39,007 nt of DNA from Vicugna vicugna (lineage: Eukaryota): assembly GCA_013265495.1 (NCBI GenBank), contig MU057584.1, positions 185,782-224,788 of the forward strand, given 5' to 3'. Below, piece by piece: positions 1 to 16,087 of the stretch (its first letter is position 1; each line of letters begins with the position of its first letter). A model generated the notes under the pieces. The model was given only the letters and a program-made list of their open reading frames with translations, was not told the origin of the DNA and did no database searches. The position numbers and the translations under genes are program-made.

Positions 1-572
1 CAAGACATGGATATGGAGACAATCTAAACGTCCACCGACAGATGACTGCATAAAGAAACCGTGGTGTGTGTGTGTGTGTATATATATATGGGATACTACT
101 CAGCCATAAAAAATGAAATAATGCCATTTGCAGCAACATGGTTGGACCTAGAGATTATCATACTAAGTCAGACAGAGAAAGACAACTATCATATGCTATC
201 ACTTATGTGTGGAATCTTAAAAAATGACAAAAATGAACTTATTTACAGAACAGAAACAGACTCACAGACATAGAAAACAAACATATGGTTACCAGGCGGA
301 AAGGGAGTAGGAAGGGATAAATTGAGAGTTTGAGATTTGCAGATACTATTACATATAAAATAGATAAACAAGTTTCTACTGTATAGCAAGAACAGGGAGC
401 TATATTCAATATCTTGTGGTAACCTATAATAAAAAACAAATGTATGTATGTATATATATATATGATTAAAACACTTTGCTGTACACATTGTAATTTGACA
501 CATTGTAAACTGACTATATTTCAATTATAAAAAAAAGAAAGAAAGAAAAGGAAAAAAAGAAAAGAAAAGAAG
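1..572 (+). mobile_element. LINE-1 3' end (ORF2 C-terminus, 3'UTR, A-rich tail), artiodactyl/camelid type
   Basis: ORF2 C-terminal motif YYSAIKNEIMPFAATWLDLEIIILS; typical 3'UTR (tatattcaatatcttgt, cattgtaaactgactata); (GAAA)n/A tail at ~527-572. Confidence 0.9.
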
Positions 573-584
573 AATGGACAAACA

Positions 585-892
585 GTGGCAAGAGAGGGAG
601 CAGGAAGAGCAGTTCAGAGATTATCACAGAACTCCAGCCAGGGATGCTGGTGCCCTGGAGCAGGGCACTAGAAACAGGAGTAGTGAGTTGTTGGGTTCTG
701 CATTTATACTGGTGATACGGCTAACAGGATCTGCTGACTGCTTACATGTGGGCTGGGAAAGACAGCCATAAAAGGCTTCAGTGACTGGAAGGATGGAGTT
801 GCCATTTACAGAGGTGGGGGAAGACCAGAGGAGGGGCAGGTTTTGTAGGGGAGGTTCAGGAGCTCAGTTTTAGAAATATCAGGTTTGAGATG
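585..892 (-). mobile_element. LINE-2 fragment
   Basis: ctggaaggatggagttgccatttac...ggggaagac...gcaggtttt...caggagctcagtttt...gtttgagatg matches the reverse complement of the L2 consensus as recalled. Confidence 0.7.
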
Positions 893-1194
893 TTGAAAAA
901 TACACCTATATTTATAGAGAAAGAAGAAAAAAATTATCCCAGTCACAAGACACAAAAGACATAAATTACCTACAAAACAATTTCATTAAGGAAGAAAATT
1001 ACAGAATTTTATTAAAAGTCCTGAAGCCCTGACTGCACTTCGGAGCTCATAGTGTCTCCCCCAGCATAGAGGTCTAGTCTGAGGGAGAATTCCCAAGGTC
1101 TGGCCCCGCATACTATGCGCAACTAAGAGTAACACCCAATCTTTCTATGCTTCAGGCACTTCCTAGCTAGTTAACTGGAAAACTGTTTCACAAA

Positions 1195-1530
1195 GATTTT
1201 ATTATGGAAATTTCTAACGCACAGAGGTAGACAGAATAGTATAATGAACCCCCATGCACCAATCACAGGGCTTAAACAATTAACACGTGGTCACTCTTGT
1301 TTCAGCTACCCCTCTACCTGTTCCCCACGTACTCACATACTATTTTTTATTGGTCACATACTATTTTGAAGCAAATCCCTGACATCATATTATTTCGTTC
1401 ATAAATATTTCATTAAGTAGCTCCAAGAGAAGGAAACAGTTTAGAAAATGCTAATATCACACCTCAAATAATTAACATTAATTCTTTAATTTTATCCAAG
1501 GCAGAGTCAATGTTCAAATTTGTTAACTGC
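1195..1530 (-). mobile_element. Old L1 (L1MC/MD-like) 3' fragment
   Basis: tttattatggaaattt...agaatagtataatgaaccccc...tattttgaagcaaatcc...gacatcatattatttc. Confidence 0.55.
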
Positions 1531-1779
1531 AATTTAACAATTTACAATTTGCTATGTGTCTTATAATCCTCAAAGATTACACTTCCTGGTTCACAGCACG
1601 CGAGGTGAATACGGGTTAATAATTTAGGGCAGTTCTTTTCAAACTGTATTCAGAGACATACTCCAGATTTATTACTAGGGAGAGGAACGAGCAGTCCGAG
1701 CCGTCCCCCAGGTCGGAGATGAACTAATTCCTCTCCCCACTCAGGGAAGCATGGTTCAAACCAGTATCTCCAAAATCTG

Positions 1780-2290
1780 AGTCAACGCCCCCCTGCCCCA
1801 GCCTGGGTCCCGAGATGCGCGTGCCAAGACCGACACCAGTCCCGACCCGCGGCTGCACATATTGTCCATGCCATTACCCCGAAACCTGCAGAGGTACCAC
1901 CTGAATCAGTCCTTGCAAACCGAGTGCAAGCTCTCCACACCCCATCCCACGGAGGCCGGGCCGGACCCCTCCCCGCCCCACCCCGCCAAGGAGCCCTTTC
2001 ATCAGTCACCAGTCCCCGCTTCCAACTCCTCCTACTCCAGTCCACAGGGCCGGGATATAGCTGCACACCCTCCACCTCCATCCCCCGCGACACCTCGGAA
2101 GGGGCGCGGTCCACGCTAAACTCACCTGAACGCCAGAAACAATGCCGCCCACTGCACGCGTCCGGGACCATTACGCATGCGCAAGGAAACGTGTGACTAC
2201 AATCCCCAGAAGCCCCTGCGCGGCAGCGGCGGCCACGCCAGGTTGCCCGGGGGTCCACGGTGCCGCTGGGGCCACCCGGACTCTGCCTTT
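1780..2290 (-). promoter_or_regulatory. CpG-island promoter and non-coding first exon of the next minus-strand gene (by human synteny ZNF285- or ZNF112-like; gene body outside window)
   Basis: CpG-dense; NRF1-type tacgcatgcgca 2172-2183; ZNF143/SBS-type gactacaatccccagaagccc 2195-2215; consensus donor CAG|GTGAGT on minus strand with exon ending at 2126. Gene identity inferred from synteny only. Confidence 0.7.
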
Positions 2291-3289
2291 CTAAAATAAT
2301 AACAACAATGACAATAGCGATAAAACAACAGTGAAATGTTACTAATAAATTTAAAAAAAAATCACTCTCTACCCGTAATAAAAAAGGAGAGAGCACAGTC
2401 AGTATCTTACTACTTGGAAATGAACTCATTACCATATCGGTGGAAATCTTTGCAGGTTCTTCTTCTGTAGACACGTCCTTTAGTTATATAAGCAAGCAAA
2501 TTGTCAGTGAAAATTTACTTCCTTTGTTTTTCTTTTTCACGGTTTGTTTCCATTGCAGGGGACTTGAGAACTGACATAACCCTGTAAACAGGATTTTCCC
2601 CTTTGGAGAAGCAGAAAGAAGTTAACAACTAGCAAGTAGCTGCTTTATTATAAGGGAATACTACGAGCCTGGCGTTCTCTTTAAAGAGGCATGCTTCAAC
2701 AAATTTCGAAAAATTGGGAAGTTTTCAGATTCTCTTTGAGAAGTCTCTCTTGGGACTTATGCTTTTTTCGCAGTTTAAGATTCCTATTACAGAAAACATC
2801 TTTTTGATGCCCTAGATTTAAATGGGGATTCAAATTGAATTGGGCCCTAAAACCGAATAAAGATTACACTAGAGCCCTATAATTCTAGCCTGTAAGGAAA
2901 GCACCAAAAACAAACAAACAAACAAAATGGATGAGAACAATATCTGGCAGCTCTAGACCTAGGCTAGGCAGATAATTAAAGACCCTCATCTGCAAACGGT
3001 TGGCAGGAGCTGGAGTAATAATATCCAACTATAGTTTGACATTGCAACTTGGGGCATATAGAGGGAACAGTAAAATGCTTTTGGCCTGTCTCTTGTCTTG
3101 ATGCCTCGACATTTCAATTTTACCATGATTTAAAAAAAAAAATCTAGTAAACTCTGCCACAGAGAGTCATCCTTGATTTTGGCAGATCCTAACAGTCTAT
3201 TTTATGGGATAGGGAGGAGGATGTTTTAATGTGCCTCGGTAACATCTGTACTAAATAAATACCTAGATCCTCTACCTTGGAGTCAATTT

Positions 3290-3580
3290 ATTTTCTCTGA
3301 GCCCCTCCTCTCTGATCTCATCTTCTATTACTTTCTCCCTTGTCCACTCTGGTCCAACCACACTGGGCTTTGTGCTGTCAAACCTGATCACTGTTTCCCC
3401 TGCTGGTATGTTCTTTTCCCCAAAGGCCCCAAAGGTAACTTAACTGTCTTTATTCTTTGCTCAAATGTCACTCTCAGTGAGGTCTATAGCACTCCCATTT
3501 AAAAGTGCAAAGGCCCCTAGTAATTCTCCACCTGCCTTACTCCACTTTCCCTTTCCCTTCTTGGTACATATCACCTTCTA
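3290..3580 (+). mobile_element. LINE-2 fragment
   Basis: ctctgatctcatcttcta...ccactctggtccaaccacactgg...tgctcaaatgtcactctcagtgagg, typical of the L2 3' region. Confidence 0.6.
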
Positions 3581-3585
3581 AAATA

Positions 3586-4103
3586 AAGGCATACCTCGTT
3601 TTATTGAGTTTTTTTTTATTGCCCTTCACAGATGTTGCGGGGTTTTTTGTTTGTGTTGTTTTTTACAAATTGGAGGTTTGTGGCAACCCTGCATTGAGCA
3701 AGTCTATTGATGCCATTTTTCCAACGGCATTTGCTCACTTTGTGTCTCTCTGTCACCATGTTGGTAATTCTAGCAATATTTCAAACTTTTTCATTATTAC
3801 TATACTTGTCATGGTGATCTGTGACCAGTGATCCTTGATGTAACTATTGCAAAAAGATTACAACTCACTGAAGGCTCAGATGATGGTTAGCATTTTTTTT
3901 GTAGCAATGAAGTATTGTGAAATTAAGGTGTGTACATTGTCTTTTAGACATACTACTAGTACTACATACTTAATAGACTGCAATATAAACATAACTTTCA
4001 TACACACTGGGAAACCAAAAAAAATTGAGTGACTTGCTTTATTATATTTGCTTTATTGCAGTGGTTTGGAATTTAAACCTGCAGTATTTCCAAGGTCTGC
4101 TTA
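3586..4103 (+). mobile_element. Non-autonomous, internally deleted Tigger1 derivative (Tc1/mariner, pogo-like)
   Basis: TA + aaggcatacctcg ... caaggtctgctta + TA (degenerate TIRs with TA target duplication); 5' half clearly aligns to the long Tigger1 at 36883. Confidence 0.85.
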
Positions 4104-4689
4104 TAACTTAGACTCTTTTTCTGGCAGCCCTAGGCAGCAGAAGGGAACTCAGCCCAGGCAGTGCCTTGGGTCTCGAGTCACCCACGTGCAGCAGTCAGAC
4201 TGCAATCATGGTCCACTGTCCTCCACAAAGCTAGGCTTGTGGGCTCACTGGTCCCAGGGGCCAGAATGTAGCACAGGAGTGCCAAATTGGTCCTCCTAAT
4301 TATCCAGACCACCTCATCTCCTACCAGCCAGCAAAAATGATGCAGCCTTTGAAAGTATCTAAATCACAAATTTCATAGTTCGTGTATACCTTATATTTTG
4401 GTACTAGGGGCTAAGTGAATGGTGGAAAAGGAAAAAATACATATAGAGAGAGAGGTTATAACATAGATCTTTGACCAAAAAAAGATTGTCCCAGTAGACT
4501 AATTTTTAAAAAATAGATAGCTTTACTGTTGTTATAAAATTGATATATGCTCTTTATAATAAAAATATGTAAAAGTACATGAATGCATTGCAAACAAAGT
4601 ATTCCATCTGCTAGAAATAAGCAGTTATAATACTGACCTTTCACACATCTTTTCCTTTCTCTCTCTTTATAAACACACACACACATTAA

Positions 4690-5140
4690 CAAAAAGGGGT
4701 TGTAGTATAATCATTGTTTTACAAATTCCTGGTTCACTGGTTTGTGAGCAACCGTCAATGTCATTACAGGTATACCTAAATATTTTTAGTGATTTCTCCT
4801 TGTTTACATGTGCTTTAACTGATTAAAACTGGAGCATTAAGATTTGTGGGTTTTTGCTGGACTAAGAAGATGCTATTAAACCTGGCCATCTACATACATC
4901 TTTTCCCACATGTACAACTATCTCCCAAGTATAAATTACTACACACTTACTGCTACTTCGAAGTAGAGGTTATATAAATTGAACTTGACACACTGACAAA
5001 TTTTCAAAAAAGACGACCTATTTTCACTCCTACCAATAAGTGCATAAGAGTTCATGTTTCCACAGATCCCCACTGATGTGGCTTTGGTGAATCTGTTTAC
5101 CACTGCTATTCTGATGAGTTAGAAATGGTATTTCTGATTT
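4690..5140 (-). mobile_element. Old L1 (L1ME-like) fragment
   Basis: cactcctaccaataagtgcataagagttcatgtttccac...ctattctgatgagttagaaatggtatttc. Confidence 0.55.
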
Positions 5141-5224
5141 TTAAAAATGTTATAATATTTGTCTTATAGATAAAAAAACCAAAACAATCCAGTATGAAAT
5201 GAAATGGCAAAAATACTGTATTCA

Positions 5225-5480
5225 TGATAGCAATAAAACAAAATCCTAGAAATATACTTAAGAATATTCAGAAGCTAATTTTCAAATCTCTAAAATAATA
5301 TTTCTGAAGGCTCATTTAAAATACTTTAGTAAGTAGAAACAAACAGCATCTTCAAATGGAAAAAAAAATTCAGAATTTCAATGATGCAAGTTCTTCCCAA
5401 ATTAACCTATACATTCAATGCAATGCCAATTAAGAGCCCAGATTTTGTTTAAAATGATAAAATACTCCTGCAGTTTACAT
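5225..5480 (+). mobile_element. Old L1 ORF2 remnant
   Basis: gttcttcccaaattaacctatacattcaatgcaatgccaattaag (LPKLTYTFNAMPIK, resembling L1 ORF2 LPKxIYRFNAIPIK). Confidence 0.6.
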
Positions 5481-6101
5481 AACCTCTCTCTGACAGCAGT
5501 TTCTCTCTAGGAGATAAAATACAATCACAGAAACATGACAATAGTGTGTTGGAGACACATTACCCAGACCTGCCAAGAGAGCATCTTTCCCTGAAACCAT
5601 CCATGGCCTAAAAGTGACTTGCCTCAGTGAATGTTAGTATAATCTTTTAATTTTTATAAAAATGCTTTTTAAAAGGTATGTACAATATTGCTTTGAGTAA
5701 GGGGACAGTTTTTTCCTACACTTATCCCGTTCATAGGTATTTTTCCCAACACGGAATCTGTGTCCATAATCTGCCCCTTTGATATATTCTTACTAGTTCT
5801 AGCATTTGTAAAAACTCCCTCCTGGGCCACCTGTGATGAACATGATGTTTCTTTTTTTCCCTGAAACCACTGCCACATCATTTCCTTAGGGACTATTCCA
5901 CTGTGCAAGAGACTCTGGAAGACTGGAATTTGTGAAGTTTGTGACTGAGCGCTTTCCCTGTTTACCAAACTTCCAGATCTCCCTTCCCGTGCGGACCAGC
6001 CTCTACTGCAGCCCTTCCGACACATCACGTCTGTATCGATTTTCTCCTGTGTTGGCTCTGAGATGAACAGAAAGTTCTGAGTTCTACCCGGAGATCTCCA
6101 C

Positions 6102-8671
<2,570 letters not shown>

Positions 8672-8994
8672 CTAAAGGGGTAAAGGTGACTTGTGAGAAG
8701 AAGTACAAGACTGGCTCAGGGACATCAGGCTCTCAGACCGGGACCAATAATGCCCTAGAGAAAACTTCAGGTTTATGTATCACAACTGTCATGGTGCTTC
8801 TTTTTATGTTTGAAAAAAGGAAGAGGCTTCTATTGATAAACTTGGAAGCTCAATGTTAATATAATCCTGTTAGTAACAAACTAGTCTCATCATAGAGCTG
8901 CCAAGCAAAAAATAAATTCTGAACAGGATTTTACCCCCCAAATTTTATTTCTTCACTTAATAATGCTGTTGTTGCTAATAATAACAATATTAAT

Positions 8995-9230
8995 AGTATC
9001 TAACACTATTAAAACAGTTCCTATGTGCCAAAGATATACATATATTAATTTATTTAATGCTCAGAATACATGGAGGTAGAGACTATTATTTTCATCTTAC
9101 AGATGAGGAAAACCAAGGCACAGAGAGGGTGAGGAACCTAGTCAGTACAGCACCGCGCTGTGAGGGAGGGCTGAGCTGGGATTCCCACATACAAGTCTGG
9201 CTTCAGAGCCCACACTGAGTGGACACTCTC
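8995..9230 (-). mobile_element. MIR SINE
   Basis: Core: attattttcatcttacagatgaggaaaaccaaggcacagagagggtgag. Confidence 0.75.
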
Positions 9231-9885
9231 ACCACGCTGTCTCCCAGAGGACTCTGACTCTGGGTGTGTGTGAGCCAGACGTGGGCAGGGAACAAAGCAC
9301 CCAACCTGCCAAAGTGCACCAGCCGTGTCTGCATCTTCTGTGGCATATCACAGGGAGCCAGGTGATATGGACAAGGTGTGGAGACGTAAAACCTCTCCAC
9401 GTATCCCCACTACTGACAGCGGGCCACCACACTGTCATGTTTGCCGCAGAGCTCCACATGCTTTTAAAAATGTGCCCACACTTTCTGATGTTCTTTATTG
9501 GCCATTTTTATCTTTTAAGGCTGAGGTAACAGGAACCTGTTTATAACCAGGGACTTGTAGGATACAGAAGTGAGAAATCCATCAGAGGATTCTCAACCTT
9601 CTGGAACAGTCTTTCTGCCACTGGCTTGCTGGTCTTACACTGCCTGTTCTGTCAGAGGGATGAAAGTCCAGCGATCCCACACTCCTTCTGGGTCTGTCAT
9701 TCTCTGGGAAGCATGAAGGAACCATAAGAAGGCAGGGACTGAGGAACAGAAATGAGGCTGCACAACAATCACCTACTTTGGGGCCTGCCGTGTCCACGGG
9801 CAAGGCCGAGGGTGGGGAAGGGGCCTCTGTGAGGCCAGCTCACCGCACACTGCCTGGCCTGGACTCTAGACTCCGTGGTCCTCAC

Positions 9886-9981
9886 CTGGATGTGCATCTC
9901 TTGGAGTTTCTCTCTCTTCCCCCCAGGTCTCTCTGTCTCGTTCCAAATGGCGTATTTTATCAGGTTTGAAAGGTTGTTGCC
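9886..9981 (-). CDS. ZNF229: ZNF229 KRAB-B exon (96 bp, phase 1-1): GQQPFKPDKIRHLERDRETWGEERETPRDAHP
   Basis: tttcag|GG...CCAG|gtgagg; KPD..LE..W motif; no stops. Confidence 0.8.
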
Positions 9982-10214
9982 CTGAAATTCCAAGAAAATG
10001 CAAAGCTAAGGCTTGCTTCTGAGGTATAAAAAAAGAATGTGAAAATGCAGCCCTAATCCCATGACTTTCAGGCATTTGAAAGACAGATAAGGAAAAGATT
10101 CAGGACTGGTTAAGTGAAACTATTTTTCAACAGTTCTAGACAAAAAGGATTTAACCTGCATACCAAGACCAAAAATATCCTCTCTTCGGGGAACAAGAAC
10201 ACTCCGATGAGTTA

Positions 10215-10370
<156 letters not shown>

Positions 10371-11249
10371 CTAAAATGTGATGCGCCATTAACACCAACA
10401 CCCACTAGATGAAAAGTCAACTTGGCATCACTAACAAAAGCAGACAGGAAAGCAGAAAGTTGTTTGGTATGGCAAGTTACATCAAGTTTTATTAACGTCT
10501 GGTGCCAGTAATTTCAATTCTAACCAATTCATCTTCCACGGTTATCCAAAGAGCAGAGCAAAGAGCATCCTTTGCTCAGAGTGAGCACTTCTGAGGGCCT
10601 TTCCTGGGGCTGGAGTGGCTGAAGCACAGGGTCTGCACATTTTACAATTTGACTCTGACTTGTAGACGACCAACTCTTCCTCCAAAAATACCATAAAAAC
10701 TGACAGTTCCAATGGCGCCTAATTTCAGAGTAGCCATGTCTGCACACACCCCCAAAATGACCTTCTCTGCCAGAATGGCTGTTTTCTGCCTGCCAGCCCC
10801 TCACCCCTCTGTCAGCAGTGGGGCAAACAGCCCCTGCCCCCTCCACACACACAGCTTCTAGGAGCTTCCTTGTCGGCACTTGACGGGCAGCCGACGTGTG
10901 TGACAGCAACAATCTCCCAGCCGGGTGAGACCTCCAGAGCAGCGGTTCAAACCAGGGAATTTAAATCATACCATGTCATCCACAGCTATGAACTATGGCC
11001 TGTTTTTTAAGTGAATTGCTTCAGTCCAGTGAGGGAAAAAAAACCGGCAGTGATAAGTTCTGAAACACAGTGACGGCCCTGGCCCGGGCCACACAGCAGC
11101 GACAGGGCCAGGGCCTGCGCGCAGCCCTGTTCCAGACCACTAGGCTGCTTCTTCCCTTTCTTCTCCTTTCCTTTTTTTTCAGAGCCACTGTATTTTAACA
11201 ACTTTCCTATAAAAGCCAAGATGTGTGTTCCCAGGGGATAAGAAAATGA

Positions 11250-11476
11250 GAAGAAACTTCCAGCTATGAGGTGAACATGTCCCAGGGGTGCAGGGGTGAC
11301 GGTGAGCACGCAGGGGATCCAGTCAACGGTACCGGAACAACTCTGGTGACAGGGGGTAATGGTCTCACTCAGGTGACCACTTCATGATGTATAAAAAACA
11401 CTCAGTTACTAGACTCACACCTGAAACTCATATAACATTATACATTAACTATGACTCAATAAAAGCTGAAAAAAAT
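11250..11476 (+). mobile_element. L1 3' end fragment
   Basis: aaacttccagctatgag...acacctgaaactcatataacattatacattaactatgactcaataaaa + short A tail. Confidence 0.7.
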
Positions 11477-11552
11477 GAGAACAGAAAGCAGATAACACCA
11501 ACACCTTATATTTACAGCACACCCACTGTAAGGTAGGTACGAACCTACGTAC

Positions 11553-11710
11553 TTTTTTTTTAACGAACTTTATTTCTTTATTTATTTGGTGAGGGGAGAT
11601 AATTAGGTTAGTTTATTTATTTACTTATTTTAATGGCAGGACTGGGGATTGAACCCAGGACCCTGTGCATGCTAAGCACGCGCTCTACCCCTGAGCTATT
11701 ATACCCTCCC
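11553..11710 (-). mobile_element. tRNA-derived camelid-type SINE (vic-1-like)
   Basis: Reverse complement of gggagggtat..agctcag..gtagagcgcgtgcttagcatgcacagggtcctgggttcaatccccagt plus A-rich tail. Confidence 0.85.
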
Positions 11711-11829
11711 TGCCCCTCCAAGGCTAAGTACTTTTATACACCTTGTTTCATTCTATGCTCACAGAACTCACAGCAGATGAGAACTTTCTGGAATGCTGGC
11801 AATGCTCTATTGTCTTGGTTGGGTCAGTA

Positions 11830-11990
11830 ACTACTCACAAGGCAGTCGCTATTGCTTCCTTTTCACAGATGAGCAAAGTGGGGTCTCAGAAAGGTGAGCA
11901 CTGTTTGTCCATGAACACACACCTATTAAGCACAGAGTCAGGACTGAACCTGGGCAGCCTGACTAACCACGCGGTAACCACCCTGCTGCC
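11830..11990 (-). mobile_element. MIR SINE fragment
   Basis: ttttcacagatgagcaaagtggggtctcagaaaggtgag...ggactgaacctgggcagcctgact. Confidence 0.65.
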
Positions 11991-12199
11991 CCACTGCCCC
12001 AGGGAGATCAGAGGAGCACAGAGCAGAGGAGCCCACGTTCTTGGTTTGGAGAAGGAGTGTCACCAGCAGAGCACACTTCCCGGCAGAATCTGAGATCAAT
12101 TTCAAGACTAGAGCCAGCGTGAGGGGGAGGAAACTTGGGGCGGAGGCAGTCAGGTTAGCAATTCATTCAGCAGATGTGGACCGGCCACTAACTTCCAAA

Positions 12200-12808
12200 T
12201 CTTTATAGCAGCCCGGCCTTCCAGAGCAGATTCCTGCCAAATCCAGCCACCACTTGAGTGTCTAAAAGGTATATCGAGACAAAAAAAGCCTCATTAGAAT
12301 TAAGTCTTTGAGAGGGGAGGGTATAGCTCAGTGGTAGAGTGCATGCTCAGCATGCCCGAAACCCCAGGTTCAATCCCCAGTACCTCCATTAAAAAAAAAA
12401 AAAAAAAAAAGAATTGATTCTTTCCTCCCAAACTGATCTCTCCTTACCCCATGGGAGTAAACAGTACCATCTACCTTAAAGTTATCCTGGATTCTTCCCT
12501 TTTCCTTTCTCACACTATTCATAAAAAAAAAAGCCTGCCTATTATGATCCCCAAATACCGTTCAAACCTACCCACTTCGCCCCGTCTCTGCTTCCATCTC
12601 TCTAGTCTGACTCATCGTTATCCTTTGCTTAATGATGCAGATACTTTTCCTCAGCTCAGCCCGTCCCTTAAAGTACTTGAAAGCCATTGTCTTGTCAGCC
12701 CCGTGAGGGCCGGGATGTTGTCTGGTTTGTTCTTTGATATCCCATCAGTGCTCAGAAGGTTTGGTCTACAGTACGTGTTCAATAAACATTTGCTGAACGA
12801 ATAATGAA
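12200..12808 (+). mobile_element. LINE-2 3' region, interrupted by a SINE
   Basis: Ends with the L2 terminus ccgtgagggccgggat...tcaataaacatttgctgaacgaataatgaa. Confidence 0.7.
12310..12409 (+). mobile_element. tRNA-derived camelid-type SINE (short form)
   Basis: ggggagggtatagctcagtggtagagtgcatgctcagcatg...ggttcaatccccagtacctcca + poly(A); TSD agaattaagtcttt (12296-12309) / agaattgattcttt (12410-12423). Confidence 0.9.
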
Positions 12809-13419
12809 AGGAAACATGAACAGACCAATAACCACACAAATAACTGGAAAAAGTCGTTTGAGATCTACCATGAAAAAGAGCACCTGGTTTGGAGAACATT
12901 ACAATTAAGTTTTAGCCAAACTTTAATTTTAACATTATTCATTTTTTCTTCATAAATATTTTTTCACCCAACAAAGATGCTGATGGGTACACATCCTTTT
13001 GTTAATGTTGGGCATTTCAGGGAGGGCAGAACTGGAAGGGGGAGCTTAATTTTTTTTCTTACAGATCTTGGTATTATCTGACTTGTATGAAATTTTATTT
13101 TGAAGATTATAATAAAATATATGTAAACTGGAATTATTCACATGGCCAAGCTGCACAGGCTTAATACTATGAGTTAGTAAGATGGACAATCCAAAAATAT
13201 CTCCATGGTAGTCCCACAGTATCCCTTTTATGTGGATAAAAGCTGGGGTCACCAGGAGGAAAGTCTCGTAACTGTAAGTCACAATGGCTTTGGAAGTAGT
13301 TTAAAAAACAGTCTTAACACCTGAACTCAAAAAGTATATTCACTAGATTTTTTTTTTTTTTTTTTTTTTTTTTTGGTGAAAGGGAAAACCTTGGTAGGGG
13401 AAAAAAAACCCAAAACAGG

Positions 13420-14300
13420 ATTTTGAATTGTAAAGAAAAAAAAATCACTGCTATGATTGGAAAATAAAACAAAACAAAAAAACCCCAAAACCTCAAGAGA
13501 TGAGCTAAACAGCAGAATGGACACCAGTGAAGAATAAGCCAGTGAACTGGAAAACCGATCAGGCTCCTGCAACGTGGTAGAAAACGGCGAAGAAGAGAAT
13601 AAAAGTTAAAGAATAGGGAAGATGGACCCAGAAGTTAAACCACTTATCACAGGAGTTCCAGGAGGGCCAAATGAATAAAACACTAGTAACAACAGACATC
13701 CAGGCAGAAAATGCACTAATCAGCGCTAGAAGACCACAGAACAAGCACAATGAAGAACAAGGGTCACTGATTTTCAAAGATCCTTGAAAGTGACACCCAG
13801 CCAAGCCTTTGTCAAGTATAGGCTTGACAGACCTTTCTGGGAAAAATGACCAGAATACACGTGGCTCACTGGAAGATGAATGGAGAAGGCAGGATACAAA
13901 GACCAGCACCGCATTTCACGCCTAGAGAAAATGAAGCAACTTACGCAAAGTTCCGCAAGTGAATGTAAGAATTTTAAGCCCAATTTGCCATTGGAGCATA
14001 AAGGCAACAAAGACTTCTTTTTTTTTTAATATGCACTGCACCTTCTGTTCTTTTATTTGGGGGGGGGCAGCGGGGTAATTACTTTTAATGGCGGTACTTG
14101 GGATTGAACCCAGGACCTTGGGCAAACTAAGCACGCGCTCTCCCACTGAGCAATACCCTCCCCACACAACCGACACTTCTTAAGCAAGGAAGAACTCAGA
14201 GGATACAGCATCCATGCCATGAATCTTCTTTGGAAAAAAATCAAGCAGTGGATGAAATTAAGCCAATCCAAAGATAAACCACCACAGAGCCAGGCCTGAA
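13420..14300 (+). mobile_element. Highly decayed L1 ORF1/HAL1-like remnant
   Basis: gatgagctaaacagcagaatggacaccagtgaagaa..agtgaactggaaaac (ELNSRMDTSEE..SELEN) and acaggagttccagga (GVP motif). Confidence 0.5.
14018..14163 (-). mobile_element. tRNA-derived camelid-type SINE
   Basis: gggattgaacccaggacc...ctaagcacgcgctctcccactgagcaataccctcccc preceded by T-rich tail. Confidence 0.85.
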
Positions 14301-15662
14301 GAAACAGTAGTAAAGGACAAGTGGTGAGCAACGACTTACACACCTAGAACTGAGACGCGCCAACGGCGGGCATCAGGGGAGACACATCAGAAGGGAACAA
14401 CGACAGTAATGATAATACAACATCAGGAGGTGGTGGGAAGTAAAAAATGTATCTTCAGCTCTCATTACAGGGAGCTCACCAATAAGATTAAAAATTAAAG
14501 CAAGTGAATCAAACTTTCAAAGTTTTTTCCCACAACCTCTTTTCATAAGAGAAAGCTTTATAAAATATCATGTCTTGAAAAAAGTCCGTAAAATTCTGCA
14601 ACTGCTTTTCCCCAATTTAAAGACACATTAACATATATACATGTATGTACCGAGAGAGAGAGAATATATTTTCATGCCCTAATACTTTCACCCACTTTAT
14701 CTTACTTGATAGCAGCATGGGATCTAGATATGAGGACAAATGAAACCATAATAATCCAGCAGTGCAACATCAATTCAATGGATGGTCACGGAGTCCATGC
14801 CACCATTTTTTTTCTTTCTGTTACGAACAACACTGCAATGATCATTCTTTGAACACCTGCTCTGATTCAGAATAAATTCTTGGAATGGGACATACTGGCG
14901 CAGAGGTTTGCAGAACTTCCAGAAAGGCTGAAAGGCCCCTGCAATTGTGTGGATTTCTCCATGTGTTCACTAACAGTGATCTTTCAAATCTTTGGTCATC
15001 GAGAAAAAGAACCGTAACTTCTTTCAATCTGCATCACTCTGACTAGAGGCTGATCATCTTTTCATATGATTATTGGTCATTTGTTTCTCTTCTTTTCTCC
15101 CTCCCTGAACACGAATGCTTAGGTTTTTATTCCCAATCCCTCTTTTTAACATAAGGTTATTAAAAGTTTGTGGTCCATGAACCTTTTTTCACCCAATACG
15201 CTGACTCTGAACACTGTTCACGGTATAGTTTTTTGGTCAGGTGTATTAATCGGGAAATACAACATCAAGAAACGAATAAGAGAAATGCCCCACTGAGGAG
15301 GCAAACCTGGGCAGTGGAGGAGGATTCCTTATTTGGAGGGGCACCTCTCCACATAATACGGGTCAGTCCCTTAGATGAAACTCTTACTGACACGTGACAC
15401 GTAGAGCAAAAAGGCAAATTACACTGGTCCTACTATCCTGGGTTCAAATCCGGGATTCACCACTTGTTTCTTTGCCTCTGAAATAGGATCATACCACCTT
15501 TCTTACCCAGCTAGTTTGGGGATAAATGCACTGAGTAATGTAATGTATTCACCTAACATGCTGGGTTTTTTTCCTCCTCTTTTTCCTTTACCAAGGGAGG
15601 GAGGTATGTTTACCCTCTGATGCCTGAAGTGGTGTTTCTGCAGAGAAAAGAAAGCAACCCAC

Positions 15663-15721
15663 CTGAAACTTGGTCTCACCCTCCCCGTCCTGGGAAAGGG
15701 CTGAGGCTGGAGGACGCGACC
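15663..15721 (-). CDS. ZNF229: ZNF229 pre-KRAB coding exon (59 bp): GSRPPASALSQDGEGETKFQ
   Basis: ctcccgcag|GG...TTTCAG|gtgggt; phase 1-0 fits both neighbours; resembles ZNF229 ASAISQDREE as recalled. Confidence 0.8.
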
Positions 15722-15913
15722 CTGCGGGAGGAGAAAGACCCCTGGAGAAGGGTAGGGCCTGCCTGGCCTCGCCCACTCCTTCCTGAGCCCCAGGAAGAGC
15801 TGCTGCCTTCCAGACTGGCTTCTCTTCACCAGACGCAAGTCCTCGTCCGCCTCCCTTCCTCTCTCTCCAGGCCCGCTCGGCTTCTCCCGTCCCCACCCTT
15901 CGCTAACTCTCAC

Positions 15914-15947
15914 CTCCTTCCTCATGCCTCGAGGCCCGACTCTCCAT
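15914..15947 (-). CDS. ZNF229: ZNF229 start-codon exon, coding part MESRASRHEEG (exon probably 16008-15914)
   Basis: Strong Kozak gagaccATGG; donor GGAG|gtgaga; acceptor ttttctgcttctccag| at 16009/16008; resembles METLTSRHEKR as recalled. Confidence 0.8.
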
Positions 15948-16087
15948 GGTCTCCTCTCCTAGGTTTTGGGAGCAGCAGCAATTGTATTTATGCTCTGATC
16001 TTCCCAAACTGGAGAAGCAGAAAAGCCAGCGGTTCTTCATTCTTGAGTCTCTCTAATCTCTGACCAGGAGCTTCGGATGGATACAAG

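Noticed and set aside
1782..2474. 230-aa minus-strand ORF and overlapping plus-strand ORFs
   Set aside because: GC-rich CpG-island ORFs with non-ATG start and no recognisable domain
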